A DNA stretch of 64,000 bases from Heterodontus francisci (Eukaryota). The notes under the pieces were generated by a model, which was given only the letters and a program-made list of their open reading frames with translations, did not search any database and was not told the DNA's origin. Positions 24,793 to 39,033 of this stretch are shown one piece after another; the stretch's first letter is position 1; each line of letters opens with the position of its first letter. The stretch is from positions 31,698,432 through 31,762,431 of the forward strand of contig NC_090411.1 in the NCBI RefSeq assembly GCF_036365525.1, read 5' to 3'. The translations under genes were made by a program, and so were the position numbers.

Positions 24793-26392
24793 AACCTGAT
24801 CAAATCTAGTATTCATGTTCAACACATCAATTATAATAATTCTTTACTCTTCTATACTTGAGAAATACAAGAGTCGTTGATGCAAACTGTCCTCGTAATT
24901 TAACCCTTTTATCCCTGGTATCATTCTGGTGAATCTGTGCTGCACTCCCACAAAGGTCAATATATCAAAGCTGAACACAGTACTCCAGATGTGATCTAAC
25001 CAGAGCTTTATACAAATATAGCATAACCTCCACCCCTTTGTATTCCAGACCCCTTGAGATGAAGACTATTCGACTTTTGAATTAATTTATATACCAGTCC
25101 ACTAGCTTTTAATAATTTCTGTACACGGACCCCTAACTCTCTCTGCGCCTCCACAGTTCCTAGCTCCTCACCATTTAGAAAATATTCTGATTTATCTCTC
25201 TCTGTCCTCGCTCTATCTCACATTGAAATTCATCTTTCACAGTTTTGGCTACTCACAATCTATCAATGTCTCTTTTCAATTTTCTGCTCCAATTTACTCT
25301 TCCTACTGTAACACCTAACTTAGTGTCATTAGCAAACTTGGATATATGGCTCTCGATTCCTTCGTGTCATTTATAAATGTAATGACAAACCGAGGCCCTG
25401 GTACAGATCCCTGGGACAGATGACTAGGCATATCCTGCCAATTGGAGTTCATACCCATTATCCCTACTCTCTGTTTCCTACCTCCCAACTAACTCCATGT
25501 CTAAAGGTTTCCTGCAATTCCATGTTCTTCAATTTTTCCTAATCGCTTGAGTAGAATCTTGTCAATGATGTATTTGATGTTGGCTACTTTGAGTTTTCTC
25601 AAAGTGAATCCGATTGAATCTGTTCTCAGATTCAGAGTTTGTCAACATAATCGCAGGAGTCTGCAAATGGAACTTCATTTTGTGTTGAACACAATTAGAT
25701 CCATCTCTTGGAGAATTGACACTGCGTTTGATGGGTCTAGAATGAATCTATGATAACAATGCTAACCACAATATATTGAAAAAGATTGTCCAGCCCAAAA
25801 CATTCCACAGCGAATCTGCAAACCAACTGACATGTTGGGGAAATGAAAAGTGGAGAGCTTCAAACAGAACTCTGTTGCTACGTCTACGTGCAACATGGAG
25901 GTCCAGCCCCAGGGAATTTAGGAGTTGAAAAGTCCTCTGTTGTTGCTTCTGCAAAGCTGGAGTCTATTGAGACTTGATTACGAGGGAAGATTTTACCTGA
26001 AATAGAGAGTGTTATAACTACCTGATCCAAGTATTTCTGCATTCACTCATCCCAGACATTCATTAAAATGGCTCCTGGTGAGTCGTGGTTGAACAAATGA
26101 CAACCTAGCCAAAAGACAGATTAAGATGGTGAATATTTTACAATGAATAGTGTAAGAGTCATTTATGACACAGGAGGCCATTCGGTCCATGGAGTCTCTC
26201 GTGACCAGTACATTACATTCAGCCCCATTCCCCTACTCTAGTACCTACAAGTTTTTTTCCTCCAAATGCTCATCCAGTTTCCTTTTGAACTTATTTATTG
26301 GCTACACTGCCACCATCTTCATACGCAGCAAGTTCCAGGTCATTGCCAATGGCTGTACAAAGAAAAAAGATTCTCCTCAGATACCCCTACAT

Positions 26393-26745
26393 GGGGCGGC
26401 ACAGTGGCGCAGTTGTTAGCACCGCCGCCTCACAGCTCCAGCGACCCTGGTTCAATTCTGGGCACTGCCTGTGTGGAGTTTGCAAGTTCTCTCTGTGTCT
26501 GCATGGGTTTCCTCCGGGTGCTCCAGTTTCCTCCCACCACCAAAAGACTTGCAGGTTGATAGGTAAATTGGCCATTATAAATTGCCCCTAGTATAGGTAG
26601 GTGGTAGGGGAATATAGGGACAGGTGGGGATGTGGTAGGAATATGGGATTAGTGAAGGGTTAGTATAAATGGGTGGTTGATGGTCGGCACAGACCCGGTG
26701 GGCTGAAGTGCCTGTTTCAGTGCTGTACCACTAAATAAAATAAAA
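26393..26745 (+). mobile_element. tRNA-derived SINE (HE1/V-SINE-like), full length
   Basis: GGGGCGGCACAGTGGCGCAG A-box, GGTTCAATTCT B-box, V-domain-like core, CR1-like 3' end with (TAAAA)n tail; empty site near 51060. Confidence 0.88.
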
Positions 26746-27475
26746 ATCTCTTGCCCAAACCCCCTAAGTCTGTGTTCCCAAGTACTTGTACAATCGCTAA
26801 CAGGAATAGATCTGCCTTTGTCTACCTGTCAGCATCTTCACATCTCTATCAACTCTCTCTGCATTGCCCTTTGCTCCAATTAGAACAGGGGGCAAAACAA
26901 AATTCAGTTTCCCTTCCTCATGTTCCACAACTGCATGACATTTCATCTGCAGATGGAAGAAACTAACTTGGTGATAAAAATAGCATATTTCAGATATTCC
27001 CTACAAGTTTCTCAGTGAAAATTGGAAGATGTGAGCAAACTATCCTAAGCAGACTTTGAATCAATTTTCAGAAGCTGGATGTAGGAGAGCAAAACTCAAA
27101 AGGCATGGTAAAGTTTCAGTGGAATCAAATATTAGACAGCTAGGTATCAGATATTAGACAGCTAGGTATCTTGGCTGACCTGAGTAATGAAATTAGTTAC
27201 TTATCTATACAAAGAAAAACAAAATCAGTCCATGATAAATACTTTTATTTCCACATACAGCAAGAAATGAGAAAACTGCATATTAACCAGAAATGAGTGA
27301 TGTAATCTCCAAGCTTCTTGATCATCTTCACTTGCTCATCCAAGTAGAGAGTCTCCAGGAAGTCACACAACTTGAACATGAAATAGAAAATGCCAAACAG
27401 ATGTTTAGTGAGATAAAAACAAGAAATGCTGGAACCACTCAGCAGGTCTGGCAGCATCTGTGAAAAGAGAAGCAG

Positions 27476-27512
27476 AGTTAACGTTTCGGATCAGTGACCC
27501 TTCATCGGAACT
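27476..27512 (-). ncRNA. Minimal type I hammerhead ribozyme in a Penelope pLTR
   Basis: AGTT CCGATGA AGGGTCACTGATCC GAAA CGTT AACT on the minus strand: stem I AGTT/AACT, stem II GGGTC/GATCC, palindromic ACGT stem III. Confidence 0.75.
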
Positions 27513-27867
27513 GACAAATATTAGAAAAGTCACAGGGTATAAGCAAGTGAGGTGGGGGTGGGGCAAGAGATAACAAAGGAGGTCTAGATTGGACCAGGCC
27601 ACATAGCTGACCAAAAGGTCACGGAGCAAAGGCAGACAATATGTTAATGGTGTGTTGAAAGACAAAGCATTAGTACAGATTAGGTGTTAATACACTGAAT
27701 ATTGAACAGCAGCAAGTGCAAACCTGAAAAAAACAGTGGGTAAGCACACTGAACAAACGAAGACGAAATGAAATAAATGCAAAAAAAAAAATTGTAAAAA
27801 ATGTAAAAAAGAATGTAAAAAAAAGGAAGAAAAAATAACTAAAAATGAAAGTAAAATGGGGGGCTGT

Positions 27868-30616
27868 CATGTTCTGAAATTATTGAACTCAATGTTCAGT
27901 CCGGCAGGCTGTAGTGTGCCTAATCCGTAAAAGAGATGCTGTTCCTCGAGCTTGCGTTGATGTTCACTGGAACACTGCAGCAATCCCAGGACAGAGGTGT
28001 GAGCATGAGAGCAGGGGGGGATGTGTTGAAATGGCAAGCAACCGGAAGCTCAGGGTCCTGCTTGCGGACTGAGCGGAGATGTTCCCAAAGCGGTCACCCA
28101 GTCTGCGCTTGGGCTCCCCAATGTAGAGGAGACCACATTGTGAGCAGCGAATACAGTATACTACATTGAAAGAAGTACAAGTAAATCGCTGCGTCACCTG
28201 AAAGGAGTGTTTGGGGCCTGGGATAGTGAGGAGAGAGGAGGTAAATGGGCAGGTATTACACCTCCTGCGATTGCAGGGGAAGGTGCCATGGGACGGGGAC
28301 GAGGTGGTGGGGGTAATGGAGGAGTGGACCAAGGTGTATCGGAGGGAACGATCCCTTCGGAATGCTGACAGGGGAAGGGAGGGGAAGATGCGACTAGTAG
28401 TGGCATCACGCTGGAGGTGGCAGAAATGGCGGAGGATGATCCTTTGGATATGGAGGCTGATGGGGTGAAAAGTGAGGACAAGGGGAACCCTGTCACGGTT
28501 CTGGGAGGAGGGAGGGGAAGGAGTGAGGGTAGAGGTGCGGGGAATGGGCCGGACACGGTTGAGGGCACTGTCAACCACAGTGGGGGGAAATCCTCGGTTG
28601 AGGAAAAAGGAGGTCATATCAGAAGCACCGTCATGGAAGGTATCATCAGAGCAGATGCGTCGGCGACGGAGAAACTGGGAGAATGGAATGGAGTCCTTAC
28701 AGGAGGTAGGGTGTGAAGAAGTGTAGTCGAGGGAGCTGTGGGAGTCGGTGGGCTTATAATGGATATTAGTAGACAACCTATCCCCAGAGATGGAGACAGA
28801 GAAGTCGAGGAAGGTAAGGGAAGTGTCAGAGATGGACCATGTAAAGGTGAGAGAAGGGTGGAAATTGGAAGCAAAGTTGATAAAGTTTTCCAGTTTGGGG
28901 CGGGAGCAGGAAACGGCACCGATACAGTCATCAATGTACCAGAAAAAGAGTTGGGGGAGGGGGTCTGAGTAGGACTGGAACAAAGAATGCTCGACATATC
29001 CCACAAAAAGACAGGCATAACTAGGACCCATGCGGGTACCCATAGCGACACCTTTTACTTGAAGGAAGTGCGTGGAGTTGAAGGAGAAGTTGTTCAATGT
29101 GAGAACAAGTTCAGCCAGGCGGAGGAGGGTGGTGGTGGATGGGGACTGGTTGGGCCTCTGTTCCAGGAAGAAGCGGAGAGCCCTTAAACCATCCTGTTGG
29201 GGGTTGGAGGTGTAGAGCGATTGGACGTCCATCGAGACGAGGCGGCGGTTGGGACCAGGAAACTGGAAATTGTCAAAATGACGTAGGGCGTCAGAAGAGT
29301 CACGGATGTAGGTGGGAAGAGACTGGACCAGCGGAGAAAAGATAGAGTCTAGATAGGAAGAAATAAGTTCAGTGGGGCAGGAGCAGGCTGACACAATGGG
29401 TCTGCCGGGACAGTCCCGTTTGTGGATTTTGGGAAGGAGGTAGAAGCGGGCTGTCCGGGGTTGTGGGACTATGAGGTTGGAAGCTGTAGAGGGAAGATCT
29501 CCAGAGGAGATGAGGTCAGTGACAGTCCTTTGGACGGTGGCTTGATGTTCGGTGGTGGGGTCATGGTCCAGAGGGAGGTAGGAAGAAGTGTCCGTGAGTT
29601 GGCGTTGAGCTTCTGCAAGGTAGAGGTCGGTACGCAATACGACAACAGCAGCACCCTTGTCTGCAGGTTTGATGACCATGTCGGGGTTCGACCTGAGAGA
29701 ACGGAGTGCCTCAAGTTCAGAGGGGGACAGGTTAGAGTGAGTGAGGGGGGCAGAGAAATTGAGACGACCAATGTCTCGCCGACAGTTTTCAATGAAGAGA
29801 TCAAGAGCGGGTAAGAGGCCAGGGGGAGGGGTCCAGGTAGAGGGAGAATGCTGGAGGCGGGTGAATGGGTCTGCTGGTCGGGGGGAGGACTCCTGGTCGA
29901 AGAAGTGAGCCCGGAGGCGGAGGCGACGGAAGAAGAGCTCAACGTCATGCCGAGCGCGAAAGTCATTGAGGTGGGGGCGTCAGGGGATAAAACTGAGACC
30001 TTTGCTGAGTACAGAACGCTCAGCATCAGAGAGGTGGAGGTCAGAGGGTATAGTGAATACACGGCAAGGGGTCAGATCAGAAGGGGTGGGGTCAGAGGGA
30101 AGTGAAGCGGAAGGAGGATCTGGAGGGGCATTAGTCCCCATCAGCTGCTAGAGCTTGCATTCCTTAACACCTGAAAGGAAGAAAAAAAGTTTTTTGTTAA
30201 TGCGTCGGATGAGACGAAAGATGAAATGAAACTGCGGAGTAGAACAGATTTGAGATAAGGTGAGACGGTGCTGCTGGAGAGAGAGGTCCAGTGTGTGCAT
30301 ATGGCGGCGCATAGCACTGAGTGTGGATCTCAGGATGTGGTGAGAGTAGCAGTCTGAGGAACGTTGTATTTCTCGGAGATACCTGTGATCCTGGGTGGTT
30401 TCAAAGCATGATGGGTGAAACTGCAGTTGGAATCCATGTGGAATAAGTCGGAGCTGGAGACAGTCTGAGGAAGGAGATGTGGCTGTGAAAACGAGTTTTG
30501 GTAGAAACTTTATCAAACACCAGGAGGGAAATAGAAAGCAAAGAAGGTGAACAAGGTAAAAGAGACAAACGAAAATCCCGTCGGAGAGAAGAGCAGAACT
30601 TCTTCAAGGTAGGCAT
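27868..30616 (-). pseudogene. Penelope RT / GIY-YIG endonuclease ORF, disrupted
   Basis: 571-aa segment 29679-27964 with ADKG, LPKIHK, RPIVS, YIDD and VVYCIRC..LYIGE; in-frame stops at 29980-29982 and 30148-30150; frameshifts near 30468 and 28085; start MPTLKK at 30616; left boundary approximate. Confidence 0.9.
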
Positions 30617-30751
30617 TCCTGGAAGAGAAGTGGCAGTGAATTAAACACTAAAATAAAATCAAAATGCTGCAGATGCGGGAAATCTGAAATAAAAACAAGA
30701 AATGCTAGAACCACTCAGCAGGTCTGGCAGCATCTGTGGAAAGAGAAGCAG

Positions 30752-30788
30752 AGTTAACGTTTCGGGTCAGTGACCCTTCATCGGAACT
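30752..30788 (-). ncRNA. Minimal type I hammerhead ribozyme in a Penelope pLTR
   Basis: Same core with perfect stem II GGGTC-ACT-GACCC; about 140 nt upstream of the element ATG. Confidence 0.78.
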
Positions 30789-32093
30789 GACAAATATTAG
30801 AAAAGTCACAGGTTATAAGCAAGTGAGGTGGGGGTGGGGCAAGAGATAACAAAGGAGGTCTAGATTGGACCAGGCCGCATAGCTAACCAAAAGGTCACGG
30901 AGCAAAGGCAAACAATATGTTAATGGCGTGTTGAAAGACAAAGCATTAGTACAGATTAGGTGTTAATACACTGAATATCGAACAGCAGCAAGTGCAAACC
31001 TGAAAAAAAAGAGTGGGTAAGCACACTGAACAAACTAAGATGAAATGAAATAAATGCAAATTAAAATTGTAAAAAATGTAAAAAAGAATGTAAAAAAAAA
31101 GGAAGAAACAATAACTAAATTCCAATTTCCAATTTCCACCCTTCTCTCACCTTTACATGGTCCATCTCTGATACTTCCCTTCCCTTCCTCGACTTCTCTG
31201 TCTCCATCTCTGAGGATAGGTTGTCTACCAATATCCATTATAAGCCAACTGACTCCCACAGCTACCTCAACTACACTTCTTCACACCCTACCTCCTGTAA
31301 GGACTCCATTCCATTCTCCCAGTTTCTCCGTCTCCGACGCATCTGCTCTGATGATACCTTCCATGACGGTGCTTCTGATATGACCTCCTTTTTCCTCAAA
31401 CGAGGTTTTCCCCCCACTGTGGTTGACAGTGCCCTCAACCGTGTCCGGCCCATTCCCCGCACCTCTACCCTCACTCCTTCCCCTCCCTCCCAGAACCGTG
31501 ACAGGGTTCCCCTTGTCCTCACTTTAAACCCCATCAGTCTTCATATCTAAAGGATCATCCTCCGCCATTTCCGCCACCTCCAGCGTGATGCCACTACTAG
31601 TCGCATCTTCCCCTCCCTTCCCCTGTCAGCATTCCGAAGGGATCGTTCCCTCCGCGACACCTTGGTCCACTCCTCCATTACCCCCACCACCTCGTCCCCG
31701 TCCCATGGCACCTTCCCCTGCAATCGCAGGAGGTGTAATACCTGCCCATTTACCTCCTCTCTCCTCACTATCCCAGGCCCCAAACACTCCTTTCAGGTGA
31801 AGCAGCGATTTACTTCATTTACTTTGCATTTATTTCATTTCATCTTAGTTTGTTCAGTTTGCTTACCCACTGTTTTTTTCAGGTTTGCACTTGCTGCTGT
31901 TCGATATTCAGTGTATTAACACCTAATCTGTACTAATGCTTTGTCTTTCAACACACCATTAACATATTGTTTGCCTTTGCTCCGTGACCTTTTGGTCAGC
32001 TATGTGGCCTGGTCCAATCTAGACCTCCTTTGTTATCTCTTGGCCCACCCCCACCTCACTTGCTTATAAACTGCGACTTTGCTAATATTTGTC

Positions 32094-32130
32094 AGTTCCG
32101 ATGAAGGGTCACTGATCCGAAACGTTAACT
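32094..32130 (+). ncRNA. Minimal type I hammerhead ribozyme in the inverted Penelope pLTR
   Basis: AGTT CCGATGA AGGGTCACTGATCC GAAA CGTT AACT. Confidence 0.75.
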
Positions 32131-33769
32131 CTGCTTCTCTTTTCACAGATGCTGCCAGACCTGCTGAGTGGTTCCAGCATTTCTTGTTTTTATTTCAGAT
32201 TTCCAGCATCCGCAGTATTCTGCTTTTATTTTAGATGTTTAGTGAGGATCTTCTCCAAAAGAGAAATTACTTTATTTTGTATTGGGATAGTTTGACATGG
32301 GCACATTTAACCAGACAAGAGCAGAATTACCCAGAAATAGCAAATCAATTTTAATAAATGGTGAATGGACTGCATAAGAAACATTTTAATGCTGCAGATA
32401 CAAAGTGTCTTGGGAACAGTTTAGTGATCCAGGTCTACAGTATAGATGGCTTCTTGGCCCAAAAACAAAAATCTGAAAGTGAAAAACAAACTTACACAGA
32501 ATTTTACCAATGTAGAGTGAAGGGCAGATTCCAATATCACCAACTCATGAAAAATTGGAATGTTAGGAACTTACATGAGAGTCAGTGTTGCCAGTGGAGA
32601 GTTTGTGCAGATCCAGCAGTCTCTGGTTCACATCCTTCTCCATCTGCAGAGCTCTCTGCATTGCCTCCAGACCATTGCTCCACTCATCCTGCTCTGGCTT
32701 CTGGAACAGAATAGTGGTCCTGTTAATGGGAGTGCAAAGTTCAAGGGATGTTATGCTCAAGGTCAATTGGGTTAAAAGCAACAGAAGTTAATCTGTCCAC
32801 CTCAATATTATGAGGAAGTATGAAGGGTGGAGTCCATTAGATCAGTCCATTGGCTAAAAATGGCAGGGCAGAGTCAAACTCCGTTCCCAATTACACTCCA
32901 TTTAAAGAAAAATCTTCAAGTTACTTCATCCATGGAACTTTACAGCTGCGATCCACATTCTCCAGAATAGTTTCCTAGCCAAGCACCATAAAATTGGAAG
33001 CAGTAGTTCGTTTCTGGCGGACAAACTCATTCCTTCTGAACATCCACAGTGAGTGATCCTCCTCTATTCATTAGCTAGGCTGGCCCATCATAACACCCAT
33101 CTTCATTTCACTAACACTAGCAATTTTACTCATTAAATCTCACTGGATTAGGAATTTAAGGGTGTTCATGAGGAAACATCTTTTAAGCAACCTACAATTA
33201 CATTACAGAAGTTGCAATCCAACCTTGATGTCCTCCAAAATGATTCGGCCTCCACGTTTATTCTGGAATTTCATCAGTTTCTCAGCGTGCTCCCGTTCCT
33301 CATGTGACTGCTCCTTGAAGAACTCAGCAAAGTGACGCAGGGCAACATCATCACGGTCAAAGTAATAGGACTGCAGGTAGAGACAAAATGGAAAGGATGA
33401 GTCAGGTCAGACCCAAATCTCAGTAATGGCCAAGTCAAAAAAATTGATAGCAACATCATGGTAGATAAGTCACCCATTCTTTACTTCAGACAGTTTGCTT
33501 TCAATTAAGGGGCTTGGTTTTCAAGTTATTGCTTCAATGTTTTCCTGAATATGTTGAAAGTGCCTCCCATTGACCAGCATTAATAAAAGCAGTAATGAGT
33601 TTTGGATTAAAGTCTCATTTCAGCATTCAAACTACAGTTAATTACCAGGAGATCTTCTTGTCTTTCTTCACCATCAGCCCACCCACCCACACCGCCACAC
33701 CACCCCCTCATATTCCCCCCACCTCACAAACCTCATATCCTTACCCTGCCCCCACCACCAGCCATTGAA

Positions 33770-34426
33770 GGTGCAAGGAAGTGCATTCCAGGGCCTGCTA
33801 AGACAATACAATTCACAAATGCAGAAGTGGTTAAGCCAGTTAGTCACATGACTGACCTACTGGCCAACTTGGGTTTTTGTTTGTGCCACACCTGAAAAGA
33901 AATCAGGTGTGCAACTGAAGCTCGAACAAGGAAGCCTCTCTCCTGGCTGTCTCTCTTGCCTTCTCCCAAGCACCCGGACACATGGAAGACACGTACACCT
34001 CAAGAGAGAAAAGACTCGGACATCAAAACAAGTTGAAGCCTGATCGGGTCCCCAACCAATAGCAGGAGGTACCAGCACCCACAGACTCCACATTGAACTC
34101 CAAGGTCAGTAAATAACTAACAGATATTGCCTCAAACTTTTGCCCCTTGACTCTATCTGCATGTGTTTATTGCATATGCATGCTAGTGTGGTCGTGTTAC
34201 ATAGTTGTAGTCGTTAACTGGATTAGAGTTTAAGATTAATAAACTTCTCCCTTGTTTGTTGAAATCTAAAGAAACCTGTCTGATTTCTTAACCTGACACT
34301 TGGAGCAGTGAACAAGGATTCACTCAAGGGAGCTTAAAAGCACTTTTTAAAATTAAATCCCATCACAGTTAAACCAGACAAAGGCTGAGAGTGAACTCCT
34401 ATCCCTCTTCTCACCTAGTCATAATG
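33770..34426 (+). mobile_element. 5'-truncated LTR-like fragment at the site of the lost exon 1 of C2
   Basis: Duplicate of 10815-11473. Confidence 0.55.
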
Positions 34427-35168
34427 TAATCCCACAAGTTTGCTAATGGAAATCCCATTTTGCATTGTGTGTGCAATTGGTTCTAAATTAACATGGTTTA
34501 GAGAATTGATGTATCCCTGTGTAGGTCTAGAACAAGTCAGGGATACCACTCTTGATCACAATAGGTTCAGCAAGTGCCAGGGCATTGGTAGTATAAAAAA
34601 AAATATTGTTCCCCTCAGATACTGCTACTTATCTTGCCCAAACCCCTGAAGTAGCATTCCCGAGTACTTGTACTATCAGCTAACAGGAATAGATCTTCCT
34701 TTCTCAACCTGTCAGCATCCTTAGACCTCTATCAAATCTCTCTGCCTTGCCTTTTGCTCAATGAGAATAGGGGTGAAAACAAAAGGCACTAATTCAGCAT
34801 CCCTTCCTCATATCACACAACTGCATGATGTTTCATCTGCAGCAAAATTGCACATTTCACATATCCCCTACAAGTTTCTCAGTGACAAATGGAAGACATG
34901 TGCAAACTATCCTAGTCAGACATTGAATCAAGTTTAGGAAGCTGGATGTAGAAGGGCAAAACTTAAAGGCATGTTCAAGTTTCAGTAGAAAATCAACCAT
35001 TAGCTGGGCATCTTGGTGATCAGAATAATGAAATGAGTTACTTATCTATAAGAAGAAACAAAATCAGTCCATGATAAATACATTTATTTCCATATACAGC
35101 AAGAGATGAGAAAACTGGGAATCAAAAAGCATTCAGCAAGTATAGAATTAATAGTTGTAGAACCCCAA

Positions 35169-37435
<2,267 letters not shown>

Positions 37436-37502
37436 AATCTTTACTATTAGCAAAAAAAAAACTAAACTCCAACAATCTAACTGCTTCCTGCACAATCTCT
37501 TG

Positions 37503-37737
37503 TATTTATACTAGTGGGACACCCTGCATTCAAACAGGGGAATGACATCATTATTGATGATTGACAATTCCAGGTAGCCAGTCAGGAATCGCTCATGAAT
37601 CATTCAGGAATCAGGCACCAATTGACAATGTAGACGGGCTGTGGGGTTGGACCCAGAGACAATGAGAGCTGTGGAATACAGGCAGGTTTGGATGATTATA
37701 ATGTGATTGGAACATAGGAACAGGAGGAGGCCAATCA
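37503..37737 (-). promoter_or_regulatory. Proximal promoter of ferritin D2
   Basis: TATAAATA at 37503-37510 and CCAAT pair. Confidence 0.65.
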
Positions 37738-38026
37738 GCCCCTCAAGCCTGTTCTACCATTCAATTAGATCATGGTTTGTGTCTTATGGCCATTTGCCTG
37801 CATTGGTTCCATATTGTTTCATACCCGTACCTAAAATAAATCTAACAGCCTCAGTTTTGAAATGTTTAATTGATCTCAAAATTTTGTGGGAGACAGTTCC
37901 AGATTTTTCCCTTCTTGTGAAGAAATGCTTCCTGACACCACTCCTGAATGGTATAGCGCTAATTTTAAGATTATACCCCCCTGTCCTGGACTGCCCCACC
38001 AGAGAAAATAGTTTCTCTCTATATAC

Positions 38027-39033
38027 TGTTATGACTGAGGTGGGAGGAATTCACTGTATTTTCTAGCACCAATTCTCCACAGGTCACAACATATATTTAA
38101 ATGTTTACCCAGTTACCGATACGGTCAATCATGGACTCTATTGTTATCCCAAAAGAAAATACACCAACAGGTTTCTTTAATAAACAACAAAATTATCAGT
38201 TTGTTATAAAACGAGACTTAACCAGTAATATAGCAAAGTATTAACACACAGATTGAAATATCAAAGTTCCCTTTTAACTTAGCCCATGACACACACACAT
38301 ACACACATCGGATAACCAGAAAATTAGATTTTCTTTTTAGAGCTCTGTTAAAAAAAAGGAAAAAAAGAATACTTGGGCCAAATACTTGCTAATTCTTGAA
38401 GAAAGCAGAGAAGATATGGAAAGATGTCAGTTGTCCCTTTTTTGGTTTGGCGTCCCAAATACGCTTAGACGGTTGCCACTGGGATCTTTCCAGAACAGTT
38501 CTTTTCAGGCGACATTGAAGGTCAGTTTGGCTGGTTTTCCAGGTGAGATGTGGCATCAGGTGTTTCTGGCAGCCTTTTCAGGAGACATGCAGCATCAGTT
38601 TCTCTATTTCCTACACTTAATTCACAGGACGTTCTCAAAAGATGGAAGAGGATGCTGATGGTGACTGCTCTCTTGGCTGATTTTCTCCAATTGCCTTCAA
38701 AACAGTTCACACTCCAACACACTGTTCAAAGCAAAACCAAAAACAATATCTCAAGAGTCAAGCCTCCTGACCCCTATAAATTTTGACCTGTCACTTCTCT
38801 GTAAATATCTTCTCCAAGTCAAAAAGCCCCTGCTGGGATATTTATCTGATGACAGGTGACTTCCAATGAGTGTTGTTTACAACAAGTCATCTCAGTCTCC
38901 TGTCAATGACCCCAGCAAAAAATATCTATCGAATCCTTTTCAGTATTCCCTTAATAAAACAATGTCCATAATTGTAAAATACAAGTCCTCAAAAAAAATC
39001 CCGAACAAGAAATGTAGCAGCACCGTCATAACA
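38027..39033 (-). mobile_element. Intact solo LTR (Gypsy-like), 1007 bp, within old CR1 (about 37711-39815)
   Basis: Perfect 9-bp inverted termini TGTTATGAC...GTCATAACA, degenerate 4-bp TSD ATAC/ATAA; empty site near 63875. Confidence 0.78.

Larger units (their letters stand above)
27413..32232 (-). mobile_element. Composite Penelope-like element: full-length minus-strand copy, direct pLTR and inverted 3' fragment
   Basis: 14-bp TSD AGATGTTTAGTGAG (27399-27412, 32233-32246); pLTRs at about 27413-27845 and 30690-31118; inverted segment at about 31119-32232. Confidence 0.95.
27297..33370 (-). pseudogene. Ferritin pseudogene C2 (exon 2 33370-33224, exon 3 32700-32575, truncated exon 4 27370-27297)
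   Basis: No exon 1 or promoter; exon 4 lacks about the last 23 codons and the stop; exon 3 has S>R and P>S; a 4.8-kb Penelope insertion sits in intron 3. Confidence 0.9.

Noticed and set aside
26393-26470. tRNA gene
   Set aside because: The A and B boxes belong to a SINE head; no complete cloverleaf is evident.
27129-27170. 22-nt tandem duplication of ATATTAGACAGCTAGGTATC-containing sequence
   Set aside because: Single local slippage event downstream of a pseudogene with no sign of function.
27245-27370. New hydrophobic, Cys-rich C-terminus (HFWLICSFLISCCMWK) on C2
   Set aside because: By-product of a deletion into the 3' UTR in a copy with no exon 1 or promoter.
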